A DNA stretch of 64,000 nucleotides from Octopus sinensis (taxonomy: Eukaryota). A program made the position numbers and the translations under genes. The stretch is taken from the NCBI RefSeq assembly GCF_006345805.1, contig NC_043015.1:46500001-46564000 (forward strand). Reading direction: 5' to 3'. A model generated the notes under the pieces. The model saw nothing but the letters and a program-made list of their open reading frames with translations. It was not told the origin of the DNA and did no database searches. Below are positions 1 through 11,668 of the stretch, piece by piece (the first letter of the stretch is position 1; each line of letters starts with the position of its first letter).

Positions 1-242
1 ACAACAGAGGGCATGACCCAGCCAACGCAGACATCTCGTTAGGATGACTTGTCGGAGGGAGGTGATTCTGCACTGGTGTCGCACCGAATTGTTGGAGACA
101 AAGTGATGCCATTGGACATGAAGGATGCAGCGTAGACAGAGGTGATCAAAGGATTCTAGCGACTAGAAACCTTCGACTAGAGTGGACTGGAGCAACATGA
201 AATTAAGTGTTTTGCTCAAGAACAGAATGGATCACTCGGTCC

Positions 243-470
243 TATTTCTTTACTACCCACAAGGGGCTAAACACAGAGGGGACACACAAGGACAGACAAA
301 CGGATTAAGTCGATTACATCGACCCCAGTGCGTAACTGGTTCTTATTTAATCGACCCCGAAAGGATGAAAGGCAAAGTCGACCTCGGCGGAATTTGAACT
401 CAGAACGTAACGGCAGACGAAATACGGCTATGCATTTTGCCCAGCGTGCTAACGTTTCTGCCAGCTCGCC
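243..470 (-). mobile_element. tRNA-derived SINE family B (Nin/Deu-like core)
   Basis: Near-identical to the copies at 6643, 25931 and 59738; B-box GAGTTCAAAT; core gcctttcatcctttcggggtcgat. Confidence 0.8.
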
Positions 471-636
471 AGGGATCAAAACCACAATACCCTAACCACT
501 AAGCCACTTGTCTCCACAAATAAAAAGAACATTGAATAACCCAGATAGCTTTAGTGCTATCTCCTTTCTTTCACTGTCAACCAGAACAATCAAACTCCAC
601 TCATTACATACTGTCTCCTATCTCCACACCCTACAC

Positions 637-833
637 CAGTGCTTTTCAAACTTTTTGCTGGAGTGGAACCCCAAGGAAACATTCCACTGGCTCGAGGAAC
701 CCCCGTGCAATAATTTAATAGTCTTATGCACACATATCTGCACAGGAGACTTAAAAATTACTGCCGATTTTAGCAGTTTTGTAACTTCTTGCGGAACCCT
801 AAGGTTCCGTGGAACCCTGGTTGAAAGCCACTG
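637..833. mobile_element. hAT-type MITE
   Basis: TIR cagtgcttttcaa/ttgaaagccactg; 8-bp TSD ccctacac (629-636, 834-841). Confidence 0.85.
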
Positions 834-1049
834 CCCTACACTAACCACAATAACCAATCTTTCCTCTGTTGAATTCAATCTATTTGGAATTCCTTGCTTG
901 CTCTTTCCATGTTTTTCTTGCAGTAATTCAAGAACATCAACCACATCAATCTCACAGGTCTCGAGAAAGCTATAGACACATTCCTGTACCAAACCAAACC
1001 AGACCATTAAAAGAAATTTTTCTTTTGTTTTTAAATCAAGTAATTAAAT

Positions 1050-1500
1050 AAATGGTCAGTGGCAAGAGAGGAAGAGGCCGACCAAGAACCCGCTGGCTTG
1101 ACACCATCAAGAGTGATACTGGAATAGACAGCCAATCTGAAAGAAGTGGCCCAGGATAGAACTGACTGGAGGACACTGATCCAACGAGTAACCGAGAGTC
1201 GACTTCGACTGAGCGGATAGAGAGAGAAGTATTGTATATATATACCGTCAGTTGTTAAAGGTGAAAAATATGTTTTCAGAGAAAGCGATGGGGGTGGAGG
1301 AAGATAAACTATTGGAGAAGGACATGGAATGGTCAGTGGCAAGAGAGGAAGAGGCCGACCAAGAACCCACTGGCTTGACACCATCAAGAGTGATACTGGA
1401 ATAGACAGCCAATCTGAAAGAAGCGGGCCAGGATAGAACTGACTGGAGGACACTGATCCAACGAGTAACCGAGAGTCGACTTTGACTGAGCGGATAGATA
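1050..1500 (+). mobile_element. Two tandem RTE-clade LINE 3' fragments
   Basis: About 170 nt duplicated (1050-1220, 1328-1497), encoding MVSGKRGRGRPRTRWLDTIKSD...QDRTDWR, a typical RTE ORF C-terminus. Confidence 0.8.
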
Positions 1501-1854
1501 GATAGAATTAAATAAAAAAAACAAAAATAAATCAACAAGAAGCAAATTTAAATTCTATATGATGAATCGTCACATTTTATTACCTGGCATTTTCACAGAG
1601 TCAGAATGAAAAAATAATTTCCTGTTCTATCATTTCCTTCACAGGGATGTGTTTTGGAGTTTTTGGTAATCCTTGCAACAGAAAACATTTCAGTTCATTT
1701 TTGTTCTTCTATAGACACATACCAACATTGGTTGTAGAATTCCACAAAAAAGTTTTGCTTCTTTTTTTTATATATTTTTGGCTTCATTTTTCTGGTCCCT
1801 GGTCTTAAAGTTGTCAGAACGCCTTCTCAAACACAAATAATACACAGGAAATAA

Positions 1855-2080
<226 letters not shown>

Positions 2081-2849
2081 GTGGGAGGGGGGCTGTATGT
2101 ATGTATATATATTGGTTGTTTGGTGACTAACTTACTGATCAGTCAATGAAAATACTATAACAAACGTGTGGTAGATAGTCAATCACAGGGGGGGAGAGCC
2201 TCTGGGGGAGGGGGTAGTGGCATTTACATAGAACCAATGTTGAAAGATGAGGGGAGTAATACTGTTGTTTGTAAGATTATCCACAGGTTATGGAGCTCAA
2301 CAGTAACAGATGTGTTTTCAATATCAATATTATTATCAATTATTATTATTATTATCATTATCAGTTATCCATGAGAAAACTGAAAGATTCTGTCAAAAAA
2401 AAAAAAAAAAAGAAAAGGAAAAAGAAGAAAAGATAAAGGATATCCTTTAACACCAACATCAAGACAAAATTACTAATTTTATACAATATTTTGCAGAATG
2501 CTTCGACTGAATATAAATCAGATAAAAATGTCTGGTTGATGTGTGTTGTATACACATCTTAATTTTTACACTCCTTCTTTTTTCTATTTTTTTTTTCTTT
2601 TGATGGAATTTGTCTACTCCAAAGAAATGATAGCATTAACATTTTTTTTTTTTTAAATGCCGGTAAAACTGTTCTCTGAATATCCTGGATTACACTGTTG
2701 ATCTTTAACACATATTGACAGCAATTGCACAAGATAATTCCAAAATAATATAGACTGCAGCAAGTGAAGAGCAACCCATTGATAAAATGTCATATCATGT
2801 AAGTAATCCAAAATAACAGGCTGTAATGGAATAGCATTGTTCCAAAAAG

Positions 2850-2891
<42 letters not shown>

Positions 2892-3697
2892 GTGAAAACA
2901 ATGTCAAAGGGTAGTTTATGGTTGATTGCAAGATGGGAAACAAATTAGATTTCAGGTGAAATCTGTTCAGTCACTATCTGAAAATTTAATTTGAGTGCAT
3001 TACAAAAAAAAAAAAAGAAAAAGTTTTTCATTGAAGAAACTACTTTTGAAGGACAACAACTCTTGAATGGGTTAAAACAAGAATTTGGGATTTCATGTTT
3101 TTGCTTTTTGTGTCTTGTTTTTCTCTCATAAAATATTAATACATGCCCATAAAACTGTATGAGGTCTTTATCAACACTAACACGGAGAACCAAAAAATCT
3201 GGGCTTCTAACAAACAGATTGGTTTGTTTGTTAAGGATATCAGAAGAAAGAAATACTGACACATCATTACATGTGAGGTAAGTTAAAATGAGAATGGGGA
3301 AAAAATACAGATGGTTTCAGGGCAGAGGGTATTTGTCAAATGGTAGCAGAAATGGTGGTAGGATGGGTATGACAAAATAGGATAAAAAGAAATCTACAGA
3401 CAGTCTTTTTCTGTAATGTTTCCATTGTATAAGTTGTCTCAGAAATGTTTGTCTTCAGGTGATAGTGAGACAATCACACAGCTGAAAATTTAAAAGGAAA
3501 TTAGGAGAAAGTGATTAGTCCATATCGCAATATGTTCAAACTCCACAAGAAAAGTCTCTGCTTTTTTTATTTTTAGTCTTTTGGGATTTTAGTGATATGT
3601 ACAAAGCACAGCAATGAAAACAAGAGTTTTGAGGGAAAATAAAATGTAACCTAAAACTGTATGTATGTATTTATTTCAACTATAATTGTCTCAATCC

Positions 3698-3841
3698 TCA
3701 AGAAGAACAAGTGACTTCTTTCAGCATCAGATTGTCCTTCCTCCCATTGGAATCATGTCCTTGTTTAAAAAGCTGAACACTTAATTTACATAGGTCACTG
3801 TCAAAAATCTGAGTTGGATAAAGGCTAGGCTGTTCTACATT
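3698..3841 (-). CDS. ZC3H13: ZC3H13 terminal coding exon 18
   Basis: ctttcag acceptor; NVEQPSLYPTQIFDSDLCKLSVQLFKQ...TCSS*; TGA at 3700-3698. Confidence 0.88.
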   Translation of the reverse strand, partial: NVEQPSLYPTQIFDSDLCKLSVQLFKQGHDSNGRKDNLMLKEVTCSS

Positions 3842-4034
3842 CTGAAAGAATAAGAAAAGAAAATCATTATAAAACATGACATAAAACAAGCATCGTTATC
3901 ATTTAGCATCCGTTTTCCATGCTAGCATGGGTTAGACATGTTGACTGAAGCTGGTAAGCCAGAAATTTACACCAAGCCCCAGTCTGTTTTGGTTTAGTTG
4001 CCCTTCATAATGCCAACCACTCTACAGTGTGTAG

Positions 4035-4253
4035 TGAAAAAGAAGTAATTTCTCCTCTTCTCCTCTGGAAGCCATCTACTCGCAATACCAGAGGGCACGC
4101 ACACACTCTCCTACTCTGATGTAATCTCCAGGGATACAGGCATCCAGCAACAGGACCTCCGTAATGCCATGATGGACCATGAAGTCTGGCGTAGCATGGT
4201 AAATTCCATTGTCTCGACCACGGTCGAACAATGATGATGATGATGATGATGAT
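4035..4253 (+). mobile_element. RTE-like LINE 3' end with (ATG)n tail, nested in an older repeat
   Basis: LLLWKP...DVISRDTG...AMMD.EVWR C-terminal motif followed by (atg)n. Confidence 0.7.
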
Positions 4254-5124
4254 GTGTACTAGGTGTCTTTTACATTTCACCAGCACAGGTGCCTTTTAGG
4301 TGTCAAGGCACCAATGCCAATAACACATAAAAGGCATCCACTATACTCTGTAGAGTGGTCAGCATTAGGAAGGGCATCTAGCCATAGAAACCAAGTCAAA
4401 ACAGACAGATGGAACCGAGGTGGTTCTCTGACCCACCAGCCCCACGAAAACAAAAACATGCAAGAAGGAATATCTATGTTGCTTATGGAATTGGCTTACT
4501 GAACACTACTTAATCAGAACTTCAAATCTTGACTACAGCCACAGTGTTCTGTCTTTGACTGAGGCACATAACTATGCTGGATATAATTTGCCTCAATGTA
4601 CTAAAAAAATAAAAACGCAGTTTATTCCTACTTCATATTTAAGTGGTTAGCAGTAAGAACAACATCCAACTGTGAAAACCAATTGCACCAAGTTTGGGGT
4701 GAAATTTGTAAATTAAAGCTACCATTGGTTTCATGCTAAGAAAAACAGGAAAATACCCTAGTGCCTTAACAATTTTTTAAGTCAATCTCATGGACAAAGG
4801 TGTTTGCCTCCATTTTGGAAAACACATATGTATATATACACGATGAGCTTTTTTCAGTTTCCACCAACCAAATCCACTCACAGAGCCTTTGGCTACAGCA
4901 GAAGGCACAGGCTACACAGAGGGGCTGAATCTGAAACCATGTGGTTGGGAAGCAAGAGTTCTCAAACACAACACAGCCATGCTTAAATGAGCTGGTACAT
5001 CGAGTAATATGGGAAAAGAAACAGTTTTACTTGAATCCCTTTAAAACACAAACAATGAAAGAAGATACATCAATTTGACGCTGATCATTGATTATCATAA
5101 AAATAAGAAAAAACAAAACAAAAC

Positions 5125-5384
5125 CTTATCAATCTGGCAGAGCTGGCGCCGGATCTCCAAATCTCTCCTAGCACAGAGAGCCCGCCGATGTGATCCAATA
5201 TCATGAAGAAGATTACTTCTGTCTTTGTTCTTTTTTACAGAAGCCATGTGGAGAGCAGCAATGTGGTTTCGAAACTTGAACTGATCAACTTCAGGTGGAT
5301 TAGTATCTTTTGTTGAATTTTCATTTGTTGAATTTTCATTTGTTGAATTTTCAGTTGTTGAATTTTCATTTGGCTGGTCTTTGC
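5125..5384 (-). CDS. ZC3H13: ZC3H13 exon 17
   Basis: ttttctag acceptor, gttttg donor; ...IGSHRRALCARRDLEIRRQL matches the ALC.RRD..IR.QL motif; phase 1 to 0. Confidence 0.93.
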
Positions 5385-5569
5385 CTAGAAAAGATACATA
5401 TATAAATATAACGGGAAGATTTACGAAAATAAACAAAAGACGAAGGCAGGTGGAGTACAAACAAACAAATATATTAGTATGGCGCTCAGGAATAGAAATA
5501 GAACAAGTCTTTTATGTTTTGAGGCTACGCTCTTCGACGGAAAGATACACAGAAAAGAAACAAGGAGAG

Positions 5570-5631
<62 letters not shown>

Positions 5632-5644
5632 GGATGGATTAAAT

Positions 5645-5908
5645 CAAGGGTTCCCAAACTTTTTTGGTGTTGCCACCCGCTTGGCACCCAGGCCACTCAC
5701 CACCACAAATATAAGCCACTTTTTACAACAAATTCAAAACAACTGAATTTCACAAATAAAACTCAACCCATTTTCACACCAATTATTTTGTTGTTTTTTT
5801 GGCCACCCCCATTATCGCCCCACATTTTTCAATGCCAGCTAGATCTTTCCACCACCCCTAGGGTGGAGGTGGGGGTGTTAGAAGTACCACCCACCTTCAG
5901 AACCACTG
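5645..5908. mobile_element. hAT-type MITE
   Basis: ca.gg...ccactg ends; 8-bp TSD gattaaat (5637-5644, 5909-5916). Confidence 0.75.
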
Positions 5909-5950
5909 GATTAAATTATAATATTTTTATGATGTAAAAAAGAAATAAAA

Positions 5951-6463
5951 TACTGTAAATCCTCGAGTATAATCCGCATTTTCCCCCACAAATTTAACAG
6001 TTAAAATCCTTAGTGCGTACTATATACAAGGTTAAAAAGGAAAATTATTTTCTAAGCAATGTCCGAGTCCCTATTTGCTGTCCGGCAATGTTTATTCAGA
6101 CGCATTTTGTGATGTCGGACACGAAAATACCTTAAGCTAAGCATGAAAGCAATGAAGTCATAAAAGAATCATCCGTAACTTGCAGTAAGCAACATTTATT
6201 AAACGTTATAACTGTTATTTCTTTATTTTCTGCAAACAGAATGCACAAAAAAGCTACACGTTTGCATTATGTTATCTTTATAATAATAAAGGATGTTACC
6301 GTATACATTTTTATAAACCAAGGACGTTATATAGACCTCCCTGACTCAAGTTAGAGAAAGGGTGCATATTATACACAAGGTTTAGGTTTTTTAGAAGTAC
6401 AGCCCCCTAAAAATCCCCTGCATATTATACTCAAGAGCAGACTATACTCAAGGATTTATGGTA
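5951..6463. mobile_element. Tc1/pogo-type non-autonomous DNA transposon
   Basis: TIR tactgtaaatcctcgagtata/tatactcaaggatttatggta with TA ends. Confidence 0.75.
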
Positions 6464-6642
6464 GATTACAGTTAGTTTCAAAAATGAATATAGTCAGTTG
6501 TTCAATTGACTGAATAGCCCGAGGAGACATCATCATCATCAACATTCATTTTCCATAGTGGCAAGGAGTTCAGTCTCATTGTGTGGCGACTTGAGCAAGT
6601 GTCTTCTACTATAGACCCAGGCCAACCAATGCATTGACAGTA

Positions 6643-6879
6643 AAAGGCGGCAAGCTGGAAAAAACGTTAGCACGCTGGAGGAAATGCTTAGCGGTATTTC
6701 GTCTGCCACTACGTTCTGCGTTCAAATTCTGCCGCAGTCGACTTTGCCTTTCATCCTTTCAGGGTCAATTAAATAAGTACCAGTTACGCACTGGGGTCGA
6801 TGTAATCGACTTAATCCGTTTGTCTGTCCTTGTTTGTCCTCTCTGTGTTTAGCCCCTTGTGGGTAGTAAAGAAATAGAA
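6643..6879 (+). mobile_element. SINE family B nested in a family C SINE
   Basis: 15-bp TSD aatgcattgacagta (6628-6642, 6880-6894). Confidence 0.85.
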
Positions 6880-7185
6880 AATGCATTGACAGTAGATTTG
6901 GTAGATGGAATCTGAAAGAAAGCCATCATGTGTATGTGTGTCTCCTTATCTCGACATTGTGTGATAATTGTAAATGAGTGTCCCTGTCATACAAGCAGTA
7001 CCATTCATTTCCAATATTTTGTGAGAACATATCTGGCAATGGGAAAATATTACCTTGCTTAAAAAAAGGGTGAAGATTGGTGACATGAAGGGCATCTGGC
7101 CATAAAAAATTTGTGCCTCAATAAACTCCATTACAAAAGTGGACATAAAAAAACAATGATAAAAAAACAACAAATTACAATAAAA

Positions 7186-7590
7186 CATCATCATCATCAT
7201 CATCATCGTTTAAGGTCCGCTTTCCATGCTAGCATGGGTTGGATGATTTTGACTGAGGGCTGGCGAACCAAATGGCTGCACCAGGCTCCAGTCTTGATTT
7301 GGCAGAGTTTCTACAGCTGGATGCCCTTCCTAATGCCAACCACTCCGAGAGTGTAGTGGGTGCTTTTTACGTTCCACTGGCACGGGGGCCAGTCAAGTGG
7401 TACTGGCAACAACCTCGTTCGAATCCTTTCACACATGCCACCAGCACAGGTGCCAGTAAGGCAATGTTGGTAACGATCACGCTCGAACGGTGCCCTTTTA
7501 CATGCCACTAGCACGGAAGCCAGTTGGCTGCTCTGGCAATGATTACGCTCGGATGGTGCTCCTGGCATCCTACTAACACGGGCACAAAGC
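7186..7590 (-). mobile_element. Family A repeat: 5'-truncated RTE-type 3' end with (ATG)n tail and internal tandem units
   Basis: Highly repeated across the window (e.g. 9588, 12914, 18345, 19812, 21973, 23690, 26405, 31510, 36780, 48458). A longer related copy at 14200-14600 runs into an RTE C-terminus (GRGRLRKTWNKVVRED, - strand). Confidence 0.75.
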
Positions 7591-7690
7591 CAGGTAACAA
7601 AAACATGTGTCCACAGGCATAACACACACCAATGAATAGCAGTGGGAAATAAGAAATATCTGAAAGATTCAACTGAAAGAAAGAAATTAC

Positions 7691-7909
7691 CCTGTTCGTT
7701 TGTCTCTTTTATTTCCCTTAAATGTTTATTGCAAATGTCTTGAAGTTTAATGAAGATAAAGTCACCAGCAAACTGACGAGAGACACCAATCTTACTAAAT
7801 ATCCGGCCAGGCCTGAACCCCTGCAAAGCAGAGCCCAACTGTTCAGTAGGTTTCGGACGGTTTGTTTGCATCATGTGTGACCAATCAATATTGAGGACAT
7901 CAACAATAC
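7691..7909 (-). CDS. ZC3H13: ZC3H13 exon 16 (conserved C-terminal domain)
   Basis: ctttgcag acceptor, gtaatt donor; IDWS...GSALQGFRPGRIFSKIGVSRQFAG matches the family pattern IDWS...AL..F.PG.....G.S...AG; phase 1 to 1. Confidence 0.93.
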
Positions 7910-9107
7910 CTGCAAAGAAAGTAAGAAAGGAAAATATATAAATACATATAAGAAGTTTAGAAACTTCAAGAGAATGCAAAATAATTTGTTTTTAACCCCT
8001 TACCCGGCAGAAACGAATATATGCGTTTTGACCGAAATCGTTTTTTTCTATCTCTGGTGAGTTAACTTGTCAAAAGATAGACTCGCCAAAATCGACAGCA
8101 AACGAGTTCCTTCGTCTATTATAAACTCTTTTTTGACATATTCTATATACATATAGTAAAATAAAACAATTAAAAAATATGTCTGAAAAAATACATTTAT
8201 TTTCAAAATAATTGTTGGAACTTGAAGCAGATAATGCTATAAATGATAGAGCACTGTGCTGACCTCTTCTATTTACAGAGAAGGTGGGTTCGAATCTCAG
8301 GGGTAGCCTTCAACCTTTTCTCACCAAAAGAAATTTTAATCCAATATTCACATATTTATAGCTTTACAAATACAAATGTATTTATCATGAACAGTTTTAA
8401 AAAAAAGGGGGACATTTGCAGTGAAGAAATAAAAAAATAATGAAGCAAAACAAATCAATAATAATTAAGCAATAAACACGAAAGTCAAATGTAAAATTCT
8501 GCTATAAAAGCTTCAATCATCTTCATCCTTTAACATCTGCTTTCCATGCTGGCATGGATGGGTTGGATGGTTTGACCAGAGCTGGCAAGCTAGAGGGCTG
8601 CACCAGATTCCAGTCTGATTTGGATTGGCTTCTACAGCTGGATGCCCTTCCTTAGAAATAGAAACTTCTCAGAAAGATTTTTCGTAAGTGTAGGTAGGGC
8701 TATATAGTTAAGAAGCTTGCTTTGTAACGACATGGTTTGGGGTTCAGTCCCACCATGTGGCATTTTGGACAAGGGCTGACCATTGCCCTGTGAGTGAATT
8801 TTGTAGACAGAAACTGTGTGGGAATCTGTTATGTATGTGTGTGTGTCTTTGTGTTTGTCCTCCCTTCCTGCAGCGTGGCAACCAGTGTTGGTTTGTTTAT
8901 GCCCCATTAATTTAGGTGTCTTGGCAAAATAGGTCAATAGAATAAGTACCAGACTTGAAAAACATGTACTTGGATGAATTTATTCGACTAAACCCTTCGA
9001 GGCAATGGCAGAAAGAAGTAAAAAATAAAAGATAAATCAATGGAGGTCTGGACCTTGGTGATGAATTGTGGGGAAAAGGTGCCACGTTTTGAAGTAACTA
9101 TTAACGT

Positions 9108-9369
9108 ATATATTTAAGAGATGAGGAATTATGTACATTATTTACATTCAATGGATATTTGTCCTCATCTTGTGTTGTGAACACATTTCGGCTGATATAT
9201 CATCCAGACTTCATCAGGTGTCTTGGGGAAATTTCGAACCTGGGTTCTCATTCCTAAGGTATTTTTCGATGTTATTATTTTTATTATTATTGTTCAGGTC
9301 ACTACTTGGAATCGAACTCGGAATCTTGGGGTTAGTAGCCCGCACTCTTAACCACTACGCCATATGCCC
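9108..9369 (-). mobile_element. tRNA-headed SINE-like element with a hammerhead-like (Penelope-type) tail
   Basis: Head GGGCATATGGCGTAGTGGTTAAG...GAGTTCGATTC carries A/B boxes; tail GACAC-CTGATGA-stem-GAAA-TGTGTT. Confidence 0.7.
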
Positions 9370-9375
9370 ATGGGA

Positions 9376-9463
9376 CTGGCCGGATATTTACTAAGATTGG
9401 TGTACGTTGTCAGTTTGCTGGTGACTATATCTTCATTAAACTTCAAGACATTTACAATAAACA
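9376..9463 (+). other. Inverted intronic copy of ZC3H13 exon 16 segment 7723-7810
   Basis: 81/88 nt identical, without gaps, to the reverse complement of 7723-7810. Confidence 0.95.
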
Positions 9464-10045
9464 ATTATTAAAAATACCTTAGGAATGAGAACCCAGGTTC
9501 GAAATTTCCCCCAAAACACCTTAAGATGGCTGGAGGGTATATCAGCCGAAATGTGTTAACAACAAACAAGATGAGAGCAAATATCCGTCATCATCATCAT
9601 CATCGTTTAACGTCCGCTTTCCGTGCTAGCATGGGTTGGACGGTTCAACTGGGGTCTGGGAAGCCAGAAGGCTGCACCAGGCCAGTCAGATCTGGCAGTG
9701 TTTCTACAGCTGGATGCCCTTCCTAATGCCAACCACTCCGTGAGTGTAGTGGGTGCTTTTTACGTGCCACCGACACAGGTGCCAGATGAGGCTGGCGAAC
9801 GGCCACGGCCGGATGGTGCTTTTTACGTGCCACCGGCATGGAGGGTACGCAAGGCTGGCAACGGCCACGATCGGATGGTGTTTGTTACGTGCCACCAGCA
9901 CGGAGGCCAGTCGATGTGGTGCTGGCTACGGCCACGTTCGGATGGTTGAATGTAAATAATGTAAATAACTATTAACGTGTTGCTCAGTGAATGTACAACT
10001 ATTTCACCAAATACATAGCAAATTTAATAAAAAACATAAGCTCAC

Positions 10046-10171
10046 TTTTCTTTTTCTTCTTCTTGTCCCCACCGACTCCAAGGAGATCCAGGTCCAAATC
10101 TCCTGTCATGCTCTCTTCTTCTGAACTGATCTCTTCATACTGCATACTTTCAGTGTCTAGATCGATACCAT
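10046..10171 (-). CDS. ZC3H13: ZC3H13 exon 15 (YEEISSEEE motif)
   Basis: aacttcag acceptor, gtgagc donor; acidic YE.IS.EE motif preceding the C-terminal domain; phase 1 to 1. Confidence 0.88.
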
Positions 10172-10311
10172 CTGAAGTTAAAACAGAACCTAATTCAACT
10201 AAAACAGATAATTATGATGCCTCGTTTCTCCTGTCGCATTTGCAAACAATAGAAAAAGGAAAATTATTCATGTAAATTTCTATATATTAATAATAATAAT
10301 AATAATAATAT

Positions 10312-10470
10312 TACCGTATTTTAATGCACATAAGGAACCCCACCCCCTTTTTTTTCATCAAAAATTAGGTTTAAAAAATATGGTTGCTTCTTATACATGG
10401 ATAGTATTATAATCCCTTACAAAACCATTTTTCAAATTAGGGGGTTCCTTATACACGTTGAAATACGGTA
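10312..10470. mobile_element. Tc1/pogo-type MITE
   Basis: TIR taccgtattt...taaggaacccc/ggggttcctta...aaatacggta. Confidence 0.8.
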
Positions 10471-11234
10471 GTGGTGGTAATAATAATAATAATAATAAAT
10501 GCCCTGATCCTTTTTCTTAGTGTATTAAATTAGTGACTGGAAAAACAACAAAACAAAAAGGCACTACGTAAAACTAAAATGGAATTTTTACCGACTGCAA
10601 TCTCATACAGGAAATAACAACATTTCTCTATTTCCATTGAGATTTTAATTCAAGTATGAATATTTTAACCCTTGTGATACTAACCCACTCAAGACCAACC
10701 CTGCTTCTATGATACAAACTTTCTATATAAAATGAGCTAAATTAAAATTTCCCATTAAAATTCCATGTTAATCTATGTCCTAGTTACCAACTAAGTAATG
10801 ACCAAGATATTTGAGTAAATTCCTTGTCATTTTCAAAATTAATTGAAATAAAGAGGATGTGGGTCAACAGTAATATGGTAACGAAAGGGCCAATAAGATG
10901 ATAAATTGGGACCACAGGTATTTCAGAGGCTGGGTTAATAGTGAAAAGGTTAACCCTTTCGTTACTAACCCGGCCGAAAAATTTTTTGGTTCATAATACC
11001 AACCCGGCCATAACCGGCCGAGAGAACCTATTGTTATTTAAATGTAAATTTGAACCCAAATCTCGTTAGTACATTCGTTACCAACGTGTTCAGTGTAGTA
11101 ATACATCTAAAGCCAGGAACTTCTGATTAATTCAAAGAGATTATCATTATCAAGCTCACAACTGAGTACACACATAATCAGACATGATATACACACTTAG
11201 CTCTAGTATGGAAATAGAAAAGAAATGTACTTAC

Positions 11235-11668
11235 TAATATCAGAGTTCTGTCTTGGAGCAGGAGTGGCGACAGGGTTAGGAGGATTGGGAAGTGGAGGTG
11301 CAAAGTTCATGTTAGCAGCCATGTTGTGCATAGGATGCATGTTAATGGACATGGGGGGGTTGGGTAAACAGGAAGGAAGAGAGAGTGAGAGGGGAGGGAG
11401 GTTGTTCATGTTAGGCTGAGAGAGGGAATTGTGTGGAAGTATGCCAGACAAGAGGGGCGAGTTCATTGGTGGACCCGCCATCGACATGGCTACTAAACTA
11501 TGGAGGGGGACACAACCGGGTGCATCACCGAGTAACGGCTGCTTGATGACATTGGGCATAATATCAACAAGATTCCCATGATTGGAGGAGTCAGGCTGAG
11601 GCCGGAAATCAGACATCGGCTCCGGGTCTGGTAGCAATCGAGGTAAGAGTTCTGGCTTCATTCTGAAA
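11235..11668 (-). CDS. ZC3H13: ZC3H13 exon 14 (Pro/Met/Asn-rich)
   Basis: tttgtttag acceptor, gtaagt donor; core of ORF 11203..11676; phase 2 to 1. Confidence 0.85.

Noticed and set aside
508-1007. 155-aa and 129-aa ORFs
   Set aside because: They mostly span a hAT MITE (637-833) and show no recognisable domain.
5311-5370. N-glycosylation sequons in the NENST repeats
   Set aside because: ZC3H13 is nuclear and no signal peptide is visible.
9623-9959. Recurrent ORFs with FLQLDALPNANH or HHHHHRLTS motifs that resemble a peptide family
   Set aside because: Translations of the family A retro-repeat; they occur in different frames and strands with no splice or codon support.
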